From Carcharhinus amblyrhynchos (lineage: Eukaryota), in assembly GCA_965287045.1 (NCBI GenBank), contig OZ336878.1:104594001-104658000 (forward strand): a stretch of 64,000 nt of DNA, in the 5' to 3' direction. Below the pieces are notes generated by a model that did not search any database, was not told the DNA's origin, and saw only the letters and a list, made by a program, of their open reading frames with translations. The first letter of the stretch is position 1. Every line of letters begins with the position of its first letter. Below, piece after piece: positions 1 to 13,352 of the stretch. The position numbers were made by a program, and so were the translations under genes.

Positions 1-3
1 GTT
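1..3 (-). CDS. Start of next exon of the microexon coiled-coil gene (runs off the window's left edge)
   Basis: Strong minus-strand acceptor ctcttttttctctctctgtcttgcag|AAC. Joins the 654-680 exon as G|AA = Glu, like the other exons. Confidence 0.55.
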
Positions 4-653
4 CTGCAAGACAGAGAGAGAAAAAAGAGTTCAATTGTTTTAAAATAACACCTCAGACTGAAACAGCTTTGGTTAATCGACATTATGAAAACGATCATTT
101 AACCTGGCCTATCGATTTCCGCTAATTGTTCAAGAATGCGTGTTAGAATCTGCTATTAGAACTAGTTTTTGACCGTTAGGTCATTAGAAGTCGTTTTCTT
201 TATTTAATGAGATGTTTATTTCGCTGGTTGGCAAGGACAACAACTGTTGCCCATGTCTAAATGCACTCGACATAGTGGTGAAGGATGGTCGTTAAGAACG
301 ACTGCACTCCATCAAGTGGAGGCATGGCTGTCGTGCTATTCAAAGGAAGTCCAAGGATTTTGATCCATCTTAAATGGAAGAAAAGTAACATGGAATGATA
401 TCAGATACGCAAATTATAACACGTTTCATACAATTTCGCTATCTACTTTTTGACAGAAACAATTAGCATTGTTTCCGCACGCAAAACGATAATTGCTGTA
501 TTGTCTTGACATTTCCATCATAGATTTTGTTGCAAATTGGCATTGAAAGTACTCGTGCACCATGTCAATATAATTAAGCGGACCAAAGCAGTGCAAGTGC
601 ATGTGAAAATTAAGTGCAACAAGTAATATAAATATACTTATTCCATATCTTAC

Positions 654-680
654 CTTTTTCTTTCTTGGCTAGTGATGTTT
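654..680 (-). CDS. 27-nt phase 1-1 microexon, (E)TSLAKKEK
   Basis: ttttattttgttgggcag|AAACATCACTAGCCAAGAAAGAAAAAG|gtaaga. Core heptad positions L4/K7. Confidence 0.8.
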
Positions 681-1378
681 CTGCCCAACAAAATAAAACT
701 CTATCGTCACAAAGCAGCAACGAGGCTATATAGTCGACAAAAACTGAGCATTACAAGGAATTAGGAACATTCCTTGAAAGTGACTCAGTGTTTTGAGCTA
801 ATTCTCATCATTCATTTTTATGTTAATATAGATTTATTGACTTGAGGCATTTTTATTCGTAGAATAGATTATAGACCTTGCAGTGAATGATCTGCGTGGA
901 TTTTTTTTATTTCAAAGTAATACACCAGCAAGGGAATTACTACAATTTATTTGTTAAGATATTAATTATAGTCGTTCAGATCTAAACAGTAGCCTTAAAA
1001 GTAATTATGTGGTCAAATACAATGTGCAGCAGCCGATGAGAAACAGCTAAGGAAATTTTTCAAAACATGGGATCGATTTTCAAATTTCAATCACTTGCTA
1101 CAACGTTGGATGGTTCAGATAACGGGTTCATATAATGGCCAATCCATTGTTGGTAAATGTCAAGTAGGGAAGGCGTATGATAAGAAATGGAAATTTCGGT
1201 ATTTTGTAATGATTATTTTGAAAATATTCAGCTATTGGATGTTCTATGGTGAAAAAAGCAGCCGTTAAATGTTCAACTTCATTCGTTTCTGATAAAAGCC
1301 TACAGATGTTCAGTTGCACGCTCAAACAAATATTGCGTGGTTGCAACTGTAAACAATTCAGAATTAATTTATTCATAC

Positions 1379-1405
1379 CTAACGATTCATATTTTGCCTT
1401 CAATT
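1379..1405 (-). CDS. 27-nt phase 1-1 microexon, (E)LKAKYESL
   Basis: ataattttcctttag|AATTGAAGGCAAAATATGAATCGTTAG|gtatga. L2/Y6/L9 heptad core. Confidence 0.8.
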
Positions 1406-2513
1406 CTAAAGGAAAATTATAATTTGTTTAGTCCTGTGCATCATACAACCTGAGAGAGAAAGAAAAGAGTGGAATATGATCGATCCAACAGAACATAATA
1501 GTAATATTAAAACGTAATAACTGTAGTAATGAAAAAAAGTGCTAGTTGCAGCAAACGTCCTTGGAAACTGCACACAATAGAGAAGATCATATATATTGTT
1601 TCGACTCCCTAAGAAACTAGTTGCATCATAATACTCTAAATAGGGCTTCCTTCTTCCTGCATTTGTGTCTAAATGTATTCAGCACTAACATTTTTGATGT
1701 TGTTTGCATATAACAACGTTGGAAGAAATTAGTTTCTAGTATTATTTCATCGACGTAACGATATCTGCAAATGTTTGTTGTTTCAAGTGAGAATGAAGTC
1801 CAGCATTGATGCTGAAATCTAAATTAAATGCAGAAAATGTTGCAAAGACCCAACAGGTCTGGTGGCTTGTGTGGATAGGAAAGTGTCGTAACGTTTGGAG
1901 TCTGTATGAATATTCTTTGAAGTGAAAGATATGGTGCGATGTGATGACGTACACACCATCTACACCCCCTCCCCCATTGTATAGCATCTGAGGGCTCCCC
2001 ACATTTTCTTTGAGCAAATACCCGAAAAAGCCCCGACTGCTACTAGTCTCCTCCGCCTGGCAGTACTTCATCCCTCACGAATCAGCTTCTGCTTTAACTT
2101 GTCTCATTGTTTGCAAAATAAAAGCTGCGCCCATGGGTATCTGCTTATCTTTTTGTGGTTTATGTCCAACATTCCCTGCTTCTATTCTACTCAGCCCTGT
2201 ACTCAGAAAGCTTTTTCCATTATGTTATTAGCAGCATAATCAGAGCTGAATATAAACACACACGTTGCACAAAAAATAGATATCAATACATTTCGTAATA
2301 CCACAGCATCATCACACTCCACAACTGCTGCCTGAACCAATAATCGTTGTAGCGTCCTCGCTATTTATTGAAGGACGTTATGCTACATTTAATACTTTCT
2401 AAAGACACAAAGTAGCACAATATATATAAAAAAATGCTTCACTGAACAGGCAACACCTGCAGTCGTCGTCTGGAAATGCGAACTTCAACACGATAGGTAA
2501 CTACACCTGCATT

Positions 2514-2859
2514 ATAGAATCATAGAAACCCGACAGTGCAGAAAGAGGGCCATTTGGCCCATTGAGTCTGCGCCGACCACAGTTCCACCCAGGCCCTGTC
2601 CCCATATCCCTGCATATGTCCCCTCTAATCCCGCTAACCTACCCATCACAGGATACTAAAGAGCAATTTTAGCCTGGCCAATCGACTTAACCCGCACATC
2701 TTTGGACAGTGGGAGGAAACCGGAGCACCCGCAGGAAACCCAAGCAGACATGAGGAGAATGTGTAAACTCCACACAGGCAATGACCCAAGCTGGGAATCG
2801 AACGGATGATCTTAGAGCTGTGAAGCAGCAGTGCTAACCACTGTACTATCGTGCCGCCC
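2514..2859 (-). mobile_element. HE1-type V-SINE, near full length
   Basis: Minus strand begins GGGCGGCACGATAGTACAGTGGTTAGCAC (tRNA-like A box), then GTTCGATTCC (B box), V-domain GGGTTTCCTGCGGGTGCTCCGGTTTCCTCCCACTGTCCAAAGATGTGC, and a CR1-shared tail ending TCTATGATTCTAT. Confidence 0.85.
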
Positions 2860-4399
2860 ATATTAAATTTGTCATAGATCATGTCGTCTATGGGCAAGCG
2901 AATGCGCGAACGAGAACAGCAATAATTACGAAACCCATCAATATTGGAGGTGTTCATTTAGAGGAAAACAAGAATTTCAATGCAGGAGTTCATGTGTGTC
3001 ATGGTGTCAAAATCATGGGCATCATATACTTGGTGCACAATATTCTGCAGTGGCCAGCTGTGGTCAAAGCAAATTAGAAATAAGGATGACCTGTACTGTA
3101 ATACAGGTTTGGTGAACAAGGAATCGTGGCACATTCTTTGGAAAGTGAATCCTTTCAGTGACAACATGCACATTTTCACAAACAATCGTGCGGTACTTCA
3201 GCAGGCCGTAGACCAAGGTCGCCTTTGCGTTGTTGATTATTGCATTGATGTAGCGCTTACATTTAATTGGCAAAGGGTTAGGGATCAGTATCCGAACGCA
3301 CAAAATATTTAATTTGCATGAAAAGTATTCGTGCTGATGATTTCTAGAAAACTCAATCGTTCTACACCAAGGAAGGAAATATTAAGGAGGAATACGAGGC
3401 ATAAAAATAAAGGTACACACCACTTGCCTGTCTCGACATTAAGTGCAACAAATGTGATAGACTCGTAACCGTGTGGAAATACAACGCAATAACTGAAATA
3501 GCAACAACACATACAACAAACGAGAAATTGATGCAGAAAAGTCAATGGTACCTATTCTTCAGAAAAAAAAATCGGCATCGGGACTACTGAAAGAGAAACT
3601 GATTAGCAAAATATTGTTTCGTTGGAAAAGGGGGATGGGGGACAGAGTTCGCTTGTAATGACAGTTTAAAAACATAACGGTGATGCTTATAATACAGGTG
3701 GTGCACTATCAGTTTTAATATATTGGGAAATAGAACAGTGATGCGAAAATAAAACCATGTAAGTGTGTAATGACTGGAGAGAGAGAAAAAAAGTTTCTTT
3801 GCTAAGTAAGAATTGAGTAAGATTGGACAAATGTGAAAGTCGCAGAAAAAAAACGAAGTAGAGATTAATTCCACAAATGTATTCAAAGTTGCAGGCCAAA
3901 GAAGTCAATAAACAATTGCTGTGTTTGGAGGAAGTTTAAATTGTTAAAATGCTTAATGTATTTATCTAAAAGATTAGCATGGGAAAAAAAAAGCCGCTGA
4001 AGGGAAATAAAATGACGAGAAAATGACGTCATTGTCTGTATGGGTTTCAGTAAAACATCTGGCAAAGTGTGACATTAACGACTGTTAACAAATCCAATGG
4101 AACAAGATCTTCTGATGGATTGGAAAATTGCTTTAAGAACTGAAACTTTCAAGTCTGAGAAATGTTTACTTTTTTCAGATTGAAACATTGTAGACAATGG
4201 CAATCCATTGGTCCAGCACCAGGATTTTCATATACAACATCGATACTGGGATTCCGATTAAAAAATAAATATAATGTATCTATTATAAGAATATTGGAGA
4301 TCCTGCAGACGGTAATAATCATACATATCCACTGAAAGGACATGGAACGGCGATCAGAAAAAAAAACATTTTGATGACATGAAATTCTAAACTTCGGAG

Positions 4400-5110
4400 A
4401 GTTAGTGATGCGTTTTTTATACAAAGTTAGGGGGAGAGTGAAGCAAGATCAACTGGTAACTCCCCGAAGAGTACATAGCGATTGAATTATCATAGGTCAG
4501 TCTGCATATCTCGTTGAGCTGCCGGGAAATATTGGTTAGTTACAACAACATTCAGGTCTTAGGGTCCAAAATTAGAGGAATTTCATAAAGAAGTAAGTTA
4601 TTGTGCTGAACATTCATGCCATTTAATTCAGGGCTCGAATAGATTATTTTACCCAGTACTGGTCAGCGTGCATTAGACAACATACGAATGACTCAAAGAG
4701 TTTGAAAAAGAAATTGATCATAGTGATCCCACAGTTAAGGGATTGTGGCTTCAGTGTTCTGTTGGCGAAATTGAAGGTGTTTCTTTGGAACAACGGTGTT
4801 TGGCATTGATTTGATAGCTTTTTTCACGATAATGGCAAGTGTAGGCCTGGGACGAAAGGAACCCCAGATAATGGTTTTGGATAAGTGATGCACAGTCGGA
4901 AGGGAAAAATTTTATTAATCAGCGCGTGACAGTGGCCTGGAATTTGCTGCCTACAAGGGGATGGAAGCTAGGTCAATGAAGTACGTTAACTATAAATTCG
5001 TTTTGCAGTTCATGAATATACAAATACTGTTTGGTTGATCTGTGGAATGAAAGCGAATAGAAAGCTCGACAGTGATGTGACAGTGACTCAATTGCTCAAA
5101 TAACTGTTGT
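4400..5110 (+). mobile_element. Highly decayed CR1 LINE 3' fragment
   Basis: Degenerate CR1 ORF2 C-terminal sequence (ttttattaatcagcgcgtgacagtggcctggaatttgctgcct, similar to FFTQRVV-WN-LP). Boundaries approximate. Confidence 0.5.
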
Positions 5111-5714
5111 AGTGCCTGGATCGTTCACCACATAACTCTTTCGTTAGCTGCGTCATAAATGTTTGTAACGGGTTATATTAATAGATCAAAAGAGTCCTAG
5201 TTCCTTGCATTTTAAAATTCGGTCAGCGTTATACAATAAGAGTAGCTGAATCATTTGAACTATGTAATCTGAAAACAACGGCTGGAGAGAAACGTTATAA
5301 ATAAAGGACAAATGTGAAGTTTTCGGGATGAAGCAATGTTAGAAAATGCGCATGGTGCCATAAAGAGTGAAGTAGACCTCTGTGGCTCAATGAACTTTTT
5401 CATCGATGAAAATTCTGCTAATTTACATACACTCAAATTATAACAAAAATCATCTTTCACATTATCAAGCTTATTAAAGGAGGTTCAAGGTATCCAACAA
5501 TTACGTCCTTTCGGCGCCCGACTGTAGAAATGGAGTGATGTTTCTTGAGTGAATGCATATAATTCCCGTCATTTTGGGACATTTAAGGGGAAGGCGGGTT
5601 TGTGCATGGTAAATGCATTGATTGCATTTAAACAAAACCCAGACAAAAAGACTTGTGATGAGGTGGGGTACTGGCGTTATGAAAGTAATTTAGCAAATAT
5701 TTGGGGAAAAGTAA

Positions 5715-5860
5715 GTGAGCGTCACTGGCACAGTGGTTAGCATGGCTACCTCAGAGCTCCAGGGCCCCAGTCTGTGTGAAGGCTGAACGATTTCCATTTG
5801 TCTGCAGGGGTTTCCTCCAGATGTTCCATTTTCCTCCGACCATGAGACGCCAATTATATT
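5715..5860 (+). mobile_element. Decayed HE1-type SINE 5' part
   Basis: ggcacagtggttagcatggctacctcagagctccaggg followed by a degenerate V-domain (ggtttcctccagatgttcc). Confidence 0.6.
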
Positions 5861-6109
5861 AATCCTTTTATCAACATTTAGTCCATAAGGTAATATGCCT
5901 AGGTGATTTAAAAATACCGTAAAAAAATGCTTATTTAATGTTGCGAGAATACCTGCCTCAATCAACATTTCAGATGATTTCCAAATTTTCACCACTCCTG
6001 AGTGGACACTAACTCCTCAGATTCCATCCCCCCAACAAAACCATATATTCCTTAAATTAAAAGTGCGCCTTCTGATCTCAAATAATGTTTCTCAAAGATC
6101 AAAGAGAAA

Positions 6110-8900
6110 AAAATGAACAACAAGCGGTGCAGCACAGGCACAGCTCTTAGGCCGGGCAAGCTTGTGCCGATCAAGATACCCGAAATAAATTAAAGAAAAT
6201 AACGTTCTGCCATTACTCCGTCCGCATTCCCCTATTCCCCACTTATTTCATGTACCCAGCCAGATGACTGTTAAATGTCACGAATACGTCTGTTTGCACG
6301 AGGTTCTATGACAATGCGTTTCAGAACTCGCCATTCTCTGCGTGAAAAGCTTCCCCAGCACATTTTCATAAAAAGTTCCCCTCGTACCCTGCATTAGTGC
6401 CCACCTGTAATTGATACTTGCACCCTTGGTAAACACCACTGACTATCCTCCCTGTCTATGCCTCTCATAATTTTGTGCACAATATCAGATCTTCCCTCAG
6501 CCTGTTTCTTTACAGTGAATACAATCCGATTTTATTCAGCTGTTACATGTGTTGATGTTTTTCTCTTTTACTCCGCAAGTGCGTCGGTCCACCTTGTTGT
6601 CTAACGAGGGGCATGCACACGATGGGTCGTGCGTGGGCTGCTCTTGAAAGTTCGAGAGTAGCCTAGTACTTCGCGTCGTTTGTGTATGTTTAAAACTGGA
6701 CCAGCAGATGGGCACCACAACAGCTCAGTGACTATCACTGTTTGCTGTGCAAATACATGGATTTGGGCCAGTGTCTGTGGGAGTTTGCGCATTCTCCTTG
6801 TGGTTGCGTGGGTTTCCTCCGGGTGCCCCGGTTTCCTCCCACACCCCAAACATGTGCTCTTAGGTTGATTGGTGTAACAAATTGTCCCTAAATTATTCTC
6901 CCCTTAATCTGGTTTCCAGTGGGGGTACCATAAGCATAGACATGGGTCAAGGGTGGAGGAGGAAAAACACATTGTTAAGATGGCGGCGCGGGCTCGTTGG
7001 GCCGAAGGGCCTGTTTCCCGTGCTGTGTTGTCCTTTGTTCTTTGTTCTCTCCTCATTTTCAATACACACTCTGGGTCCTGGCTGATGAAGGCAAGCATGC
7101 CATATGCTTACTTAATCACCTTGGGCATCTTTGTTGCCACACTTAGGGAACTGTGGGCGTGCACACTCAGATCACTCTGTACGCTAACATTCCAAAGGCT
7201 TCTGCCATTTACAGTATGAATGGGGCGTCGATTCCAATGATCTACCCTATTTATGCATCTTACAATTTGATATACTGCCATCAGATTACTCCCTCAGGTT
7301 CCACTGGTGATAGGTAAATAAATCCAGTCTATCCAGCTCTTAACACAGATGAACAAGTTCATCGTAGACAAAATTGCTGGTTTCCCTTTGCACATCCTCC
7401 AGCACACGCTGATAGTGTGGCAAGCAGAACTGCACATAATTCACCATCTGAGGTCGAACCGATATGCTATGATTTATACCAAGACTTTCCTATGCCCTAG
7501 CTAATGAAGGTGCACATTCTGTATGCCTTCTTCACCACTCTATCTACAGGTTCTGCCACCTTTAGGTATCTGTGGACGTGTACATCAATGTCCAGCTGTT
7601 CGGTTTATGCTCGCTAGGGACCTACCATTCATTGAATATACCTTACCCTAAATAGACCTCCAAAAATGGATAACCTCAGGCCTATCAGGGTGAAATTTCA
7701 TCTGCCACTGCTCTGCTCAACTTAGCAATGCAACATCAAAATCACCACCAATTGTCGTGTCATCCATAAATTCTACGTTTACATCCAAGTCGTAAATATG
7801 TGCAACAACCAGCAAGCGACCAGGCATCGATCCCTGTGCTGCATCACTGGTCACGTAACAAATGCAGCCCTTTTCCATCTTCACCCTTTGCTTCATACTA
7901 AAAATCAGTTTTTCATCCACTTTTCGAACTTGGTTATTTCCCTTGGGCTCTAAACTTGTTGGACCAGCGTTCTACATGGACCTTGTCCATTGCCTTTTTG
8001 AAATCCAATAAACTACATAAAATGCTACCCTCATCAATATATTTAGTTTATTTCAGAACAAAATCTCAATTATTTTAGTTAGACAGTAACTCGAACCAAC
8101 GCATCTATACTTATTATGCCTGATCAATCCTTACCATTTCAAGTGTTTATGAATCATGTCTCTCAGATGTTTTTCCTAATAACTTCCCTTTACACCAACT
8201 GGCCTGTAAGATTTGGCTGACTCCTGCTCCCCTTCTTCAATAAAGGTACCAGATTAGCTATGCTCCAGTCATCTGACTCTTCACCTGTGGTCGTTGGAAA
8301 TTTGGATATCTTCGGTAAGGGTCCTGCAAGCTCCTCCTTTACGTCCTTTAGCAGGCTGCGATGAATCTCATCAGGTCCTGGAGATTTACAATTTTCCTGT
8401 CCACGAAAACATGTAGTAACTGTCCTTTATTAACCTTAACGTGCAGTCTATCTAGCTCTTTGTGTCCTTCGTTATTTTTATAAATCTCTTCATTATCCCA
8501 ACTGAAACTTCCAGCTATTATATTTTCCTCCTTAGTGAATAAAAACGAACAAATAAATTTAAATTCTCAGCTAAATCCTCTGGCTCCAGACACAGATTGC
8601 CCCTTTGGCTCAAATGGGCAGAACTTTTCCTTGGCCATGACATCGCTCTTTATATACTTATAAAATGCCTTTGATTTTACTTAATCATATCTGCCAATTA
8701 GATATCCTGCTTCCTCTTTGGCCAGCGAATCTCTCTCTTTGGAGCCCTCTTCCCACAAGGACCCTGTGGTTCGGAAGTTCCTCTTCATTTTTCGGTGCCC
8801 TCTTTGTATCTTATGATCCTTTGTTTATCTTACCAAAATGTGGATATACCTTGACATACAGGTTTCCCAGGAAGCGCCTCCCTTCCCCTTCAATCTTGAA
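6110..8900 (-). mobile_element. Cluster of decayed CR1 LINE fragments, interrupted by a + strand SINE
   Basis: Remnant RT motifs in ORF 7717..7920 (VTSDAAQGSM…FMDDTTIGG) and reverse CR1 3' sequence. Boundaries approximate. Confidence 0.6.
6740..7050 (+). mobile_element. HE1-type V-SINE (V-domain and tail)
   Basis: gcgtgggtttcctccgggtgccccggtttcctcccacaccccaaacatgtgc … gggccgaagggcctgtttcccgtgctgt, with tail ttgttctttgttct. Confidence 0.75.
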
Positions 8901-8919
8901 GATATACGATGAAGGCTGT

Positions 8920-9230
8920 GATGTAGTGGTATTATCAGTGGACTAGTCATGCAGGGACACGGGCTAATGCCGTCACTGGTTCAAATCACAACTTAGCAGA
9001 CATAGTAATTTGTAGTCGATGACAATGTGTAATTAAAAGAATAATGATGACAATGACATAATTGTCGATAGTTGGAAAATCCCATCTGGTATACGAATAT
9101 TCTTTAGATAAGGATATCTGCCGTCCTTACCTGGTCGGGCCTACATGTGACTCCAGACCACCAGAAATGGTTGACTCTCAAGAGATGGACAATAATTTCT
9201 GGCTGCTCAGTGATGCCGCCCATGATTTTC
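8920..9230 (+). mobile_element. tRNA-derived SINE, second family
   Basis: gtagtggtattatcagtggactagt … ggttcaaatc … ccatctggt … ctgccgtccttacctggtcgggcctacatgtgactccagacc. The same blocks recur at about 9870 and 63310. Confidence 0.65.
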
Positions 9231-9869
9231 ATTAAACCCTACAGTGGAGGAGGAGGGGATTTGGCCTATCAAGTGAGCACAGATTTTCTCACATGCATCT
9301 TACCCAGGCCCATCCATACCTCATCCTCGTTATTCCACATATTTATCCCGTTAATCGACCTTCCCTCTACTCGTAGAGTCATTGAGATTTGCAACATGGA
9401 AACAGATCCTTTGCCCCCAACTTGCCCATGCCGTCAGGTTATGATATTAAGCTGGCTCGAAAACCCCGGGCTTCGTTCATAGTCCTATCTACCAATCTTG
9501 TCCTTGCAAATTCTATATACTGCAAAGCCATGTAAGGAGAAAAAAATGAAAGATGCAACGTATAAGAAAAGTTACAATACAAAAATAGGGCACAGAAACA
9601 AACAGCCCAACGTGCATACTTGTACACATTACTGCAAGTGGCAGAGTAGCATGAGAAATAAGAAACACACGGATTCCTAGGGATATAAATAGAAGCATAG
9701 TGTAAAAATGCAAGGAAGTGATAAAGAACCAATACAAAGTGTATTTTTTGCCTCAATACGGTAATTGCATCTTAGTTGTTCAGTGTAATACGAACGCTTT
9801 GGAGTGGCAAAATTTCACATGAATGTTTACATAGCTGAAGATCATTCGTTATGTACAATGGTCGGGAGG

Positions 9870-10230
9870 CTGTGACCTCGTGGTATTGTTGCTAGACTAT
9901 TTATCGAGGGATTCAACTAATCTTCTGGGAGTTCAGAAAGAATACTGCCATGTCAACCAGTGGAATTACAATTCAATACAAATACTTGGAATTAAGAGTG
10001 CACTGATGACAATGACGCATTATCGATTGTTGAACAACATATCTGGTTCACTAATTTCCTTTAGGGAATCAATTCTGCTATCTGTTGTCTGGCACATGTG
10101 TGTCCAGATCCATAGCAACGTGGTTGACTCTCAATAGTCTTCTGAAATGCATGTAATGCAGTAAGGTCACGTAAGGATGCAGAATTAATGCTGGCGAGCC
10201 AGCGACGTCCATTCCGAACGAATGAATAAA
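9870..10230 (+). mobile_element. tRNA-derived SINE, second family
   Basis: gtggtattgttgctagacta … catctggttcactaatttcctttaggga … gtggttgactctcaa. Paralogous to 8920-9230. Confidence 0.65.
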
Positions 10231-11156
10231 CATGTATGGATTGCGACAGGTGGAGCCATTCTCCATCGAAAAGAGATCCGCTGGAAGATTTGATATTTGA
10301 GTGTTGAAAATCCAATTTAGTACATGAGCCGAGTAGAGGGAACAAATTTTAACTGAGGCACAAAATAATCTTTGGTGTCTCAGTATAAGTTAGTTTTCAC
10401 AGTGTGATGTTATCATGTGAAAGGCAGTGTCTGGATGATTTGTGGAATCGGTTGTAGCCCCGAGTTTCAAAAGCAAATTAGATCATATTCGGAATACAGA
10501 AAATAAATGGCCTGAGATTTAAAAAAAAATTCTTACACAAATTTGCCGCAGCCACAACGGATCAAGTGCCTGCTTCAATGCTCGAACTATTCTGTGGTTC
10601 GATGTGAAGCCACCTTTAAATTAAGGTGCTCGAGATGATGATGTTAGGCAAGACAAGACATCAGACAGTTTGGTTGGTCGTTATGCTGGACAGCACAATC
10701 AGCCTTAAAGACAGTAGTTTGAAATAGTATGGTGTTGCTGGCAAGATTTTTCTTATGTCGCACCATGCTCTCTAGCAAACTGATACACCATTAATAATAT
10801 TTCCTGTGCTCTTGCCTTATCTATGTTTTGTATCTGCAATTGTCACGTAAGATGTGTATTTTGTAGAATCCCTGACTGTCTTCCGTAGACCTTAACATAA
10901 CTCTATATTGAAAGTATTTAATTTTGCTCACCAATTCTGGAAATAAATATTGCTACACCTGTCGATATTTGGTACAGACAAAATTGCAACGTAATTTGGC
11001 TTCTGCAACAAAGCCGTCCAATCACATCGATCCTTTCAGGAGATTGCCAGAGAACAGAATTCTGCTTATGCCTTGAAATAAATTGTACTCACTCTCCTAC
11101 AACATTAAACCTCAAATTTTCACGAAATAAAGATATGAATTCTCAAAGTATATTAC

Positions 11157-11180
11157 CTTTCAATTGTTTCATCTTCTCCG
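11157..11180 (-). CDS. 24-nt phase 1-1 microexon, (A)EKMKQLK
   Basis: ttgcttccggtttatcag|CGGAGAAGATGAAACAATTGAAAG|gtaata. Counterpart of 42218-42241. Confidence 0.75.
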
Positions 11181-11687
11181 CTGATAAACCGGAAGCAAAT
11201 ATAGAATGTAAGTGTTTTTTTAAAGCAGGGAATCGTGATGTGTTATGACAATCTTCTGTGTTACTTAGTTGTTTGGATTTGTGCGATGGTTCAACACAGG
11301 GAACGTTGAGCTTCCTCAATTCTACAAAGAAAACAATTAGCAGAAGCAATTTATGGAAAGGAAAGGAAAAATACTTCATCGGTGACCTGGGCAATTCCCC
11401 CTCCCCACCCCACGAAAAGAATGGTATCTTAAATAGCCTCAAATTATTCATAGCCAACATGTGTCACATTTTTCGTTGCAACTGAACATGACCCGTTATT
11501 ATCGCAATTACCATTATGCTGCTAATACAGACTGAGGAATGGACCTTGGAAACTCCACCTGTTGTGTGAGACACATTGCAGGTTGTGCTGATTGTCTTCT
11601 TGCAACTGCAACCCCCATCTTTACGACGTAAACTGAAAGAAATAATACCTGCCATGTCCACATAAAATAAATCATGGGGTACTTTAC

Positions 11688-11714
11688 CGAGTTGTTTTCG
11701 ACATTTTACCACCT
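11688..11714 (-). CDS. 27-nt phase 1-1 microexon, (E)VVKCRKQL
   Basis: ctctccttttaattcag|AGGTGGTAAAATGTCGAAAACAACTCG|gtaaagta. The 3' end CAACTCG|gtaaagta is identical to that of exon 43028-43054. Confidence 0.78.
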
Positions 11715-13316
11715 CTGAATTAAAAGGAGAGCGATAGACAAATTGTAAGGTTCATCGGCCTGAAAGAATGCTAAAGCACAGTAGGTAATAACAGAAAATG
11801 CACAATAAACTCAGCTGCTCTAGCAGGATCTGTTTATCCAGGAATATAATGGAATTTTCGAGTCGGTATGACTCATCTTCAGGACTGAAGACGGGTAAGT
11901 ACTTCTCGTTCTCGTTCTACAGGTAATGGAGACACATTTCCTTTGTCTACCTATCCGAAGCTGTCGTATATTTGTATATGATTTCACTCATTTGTCTTTG
12001 TGAAAAGGAGAACCAACCGAGAAACTGCAAGCAAATTATTCAGGCAAGCACATGAATCCGTGGAACATTTTATTTTGTAAATCTCATAACCTCCCTAAAT
12101 GTACTTAGCAATACGAATACAATGCTCTCTTCGTGGGTTCAACAACAAGTTATGAGGATTCGGTAATACTTACTGTTTTTGTACCGTATGGACAGCACTT
12201 AATGCTTCTCAGTCTTTCTGGGAATAAGTCAGGGGTGTCCATATATTGGGGCAAGACATTTTGAGCTCTGCCGCTTTCCAATTCAATCAATTAAGGCCAG
12301 GACAGGAAAAGTCATAGTGAGTTCTCTTTCTTCTGATTGGTCGCATGCACTCAGGTATGGGATATTCACAACACCCCAAGAGGTCGTGAGGGGAATTGCC
12401 AGCAATCCACTCAGCTCCACTCCCGAAAACTCAATATCGACAGGATACTGCCACAATCTCGAGCTGCAGAAAGGTTTTCTGCTTATTGTTCCAGGGATGA
12501 GGCACGTGGAAGGAATGGAAACGCAAGGGCACTTTTAGAAATAGACAAAGGGGAGATTTGAACATGGTCGTCATAAGCATGATAAGTTTTGCCAGGATAG
12601 ATTGAGAGACATTATTTCCAAATATATATAACGAAAATAACAGAAGAAGCTGATTTTCGACGATTGACAAAAAGAACGAATAAAATGAGTTGGGGTTGGT
12701 GGGGGGCGGGGGGGGAGATGGTGGGTGGGGGAGGAAAACTATTATGCGTTGATTTGAAATGCAATAACAAAGCTTTTGCTGCCGAGTTTTACAGTCCAAT
12801 CTTTAAAAATAAAATTGGATTAGCATCTGAAGTGATCGAAAGGGACATTTCAGGGAAAGGGAAAGTTTTGGAACTGAGTTGCAGAAAGATGACATGGAAA
12901 ACACCGTTTCATGACCTTTTGCCACGTTTCGACAATTCTATTATACTAGTAGAATAGCTTAAAATTTGCAGACTTCGCAGATCAATAGGGATCATTTTGG
13001 TCATTTTCCATGCTTACGTTCTGTAAGGAGATAAACGTAATTGAATAGAAGAACAATGGAAGCAAACATATACACGTCTGAAAAATCAGCGACCTACTCA
13101 CACTCAAAACGATTCCCTTTGGACTTCCTACGAGAGATTCCCCCGCGCCGCTCGCTGGACTTTTCTGAACAGAAAATGTTGTACAATGAGGCTCTACTTG
13201 CAATCCAAAGTAATGGTCATGACCTGTATGCAATAGGACACATAAGGGCTTCGAAATAATGCCAGATTGCTGAAACAAAATTGCACCATACTTAATAAAA
13301 AAAATCAACTTCTCAC

Positions 13317-13352
13317 CGCTATTTTCTGATACTCTCTTGACTCTTACATTTC
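13317..13352 (-). CDS. 36-nt phase 1-1 microexon candidate, (G)NVRVKRVSENS (hinge)
   Basis: ttttcctttacgtattcag|GAAATGTAAGAGTCAAGAGAGTATCAGAAAATAGCG|gtgaga. Its 3' end resembles 58789-58824 (ATAACG|gtaagaag). Confidence 0.55.

Noticed and set aside
1447-1449. Strong acceptor at 1450 followed by GTT|gtatga (3-nt microexon?)
   Set aside because: It would leave a 41-nt intron to exon 1405, and the alternative 71-nt exon has stops in all frames.
3064-3303. Minus ORF containing KNVPRFLVHQTC, superficially cystine-knot/PTTH-like
   Set aside because: There is no good acceptor and the remaining cysteines are absent. It is likely chance.
3428-3586. Hydrophobic TM-like stretch (FSFVVCVVAISVIALYF) behind a minus-strand acceptor
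   Set aside because: All three phases hit stops right after the acceptor, and the position inside the coiled-coil chain is inconsistent.
5953-5997. 45-nt phase-1 exon-like GVVKIWKSSEMLIEA
   Set aside because: Poor acceptor, embedded in a reverse CR1 3'-end remnant, and it would break the register.
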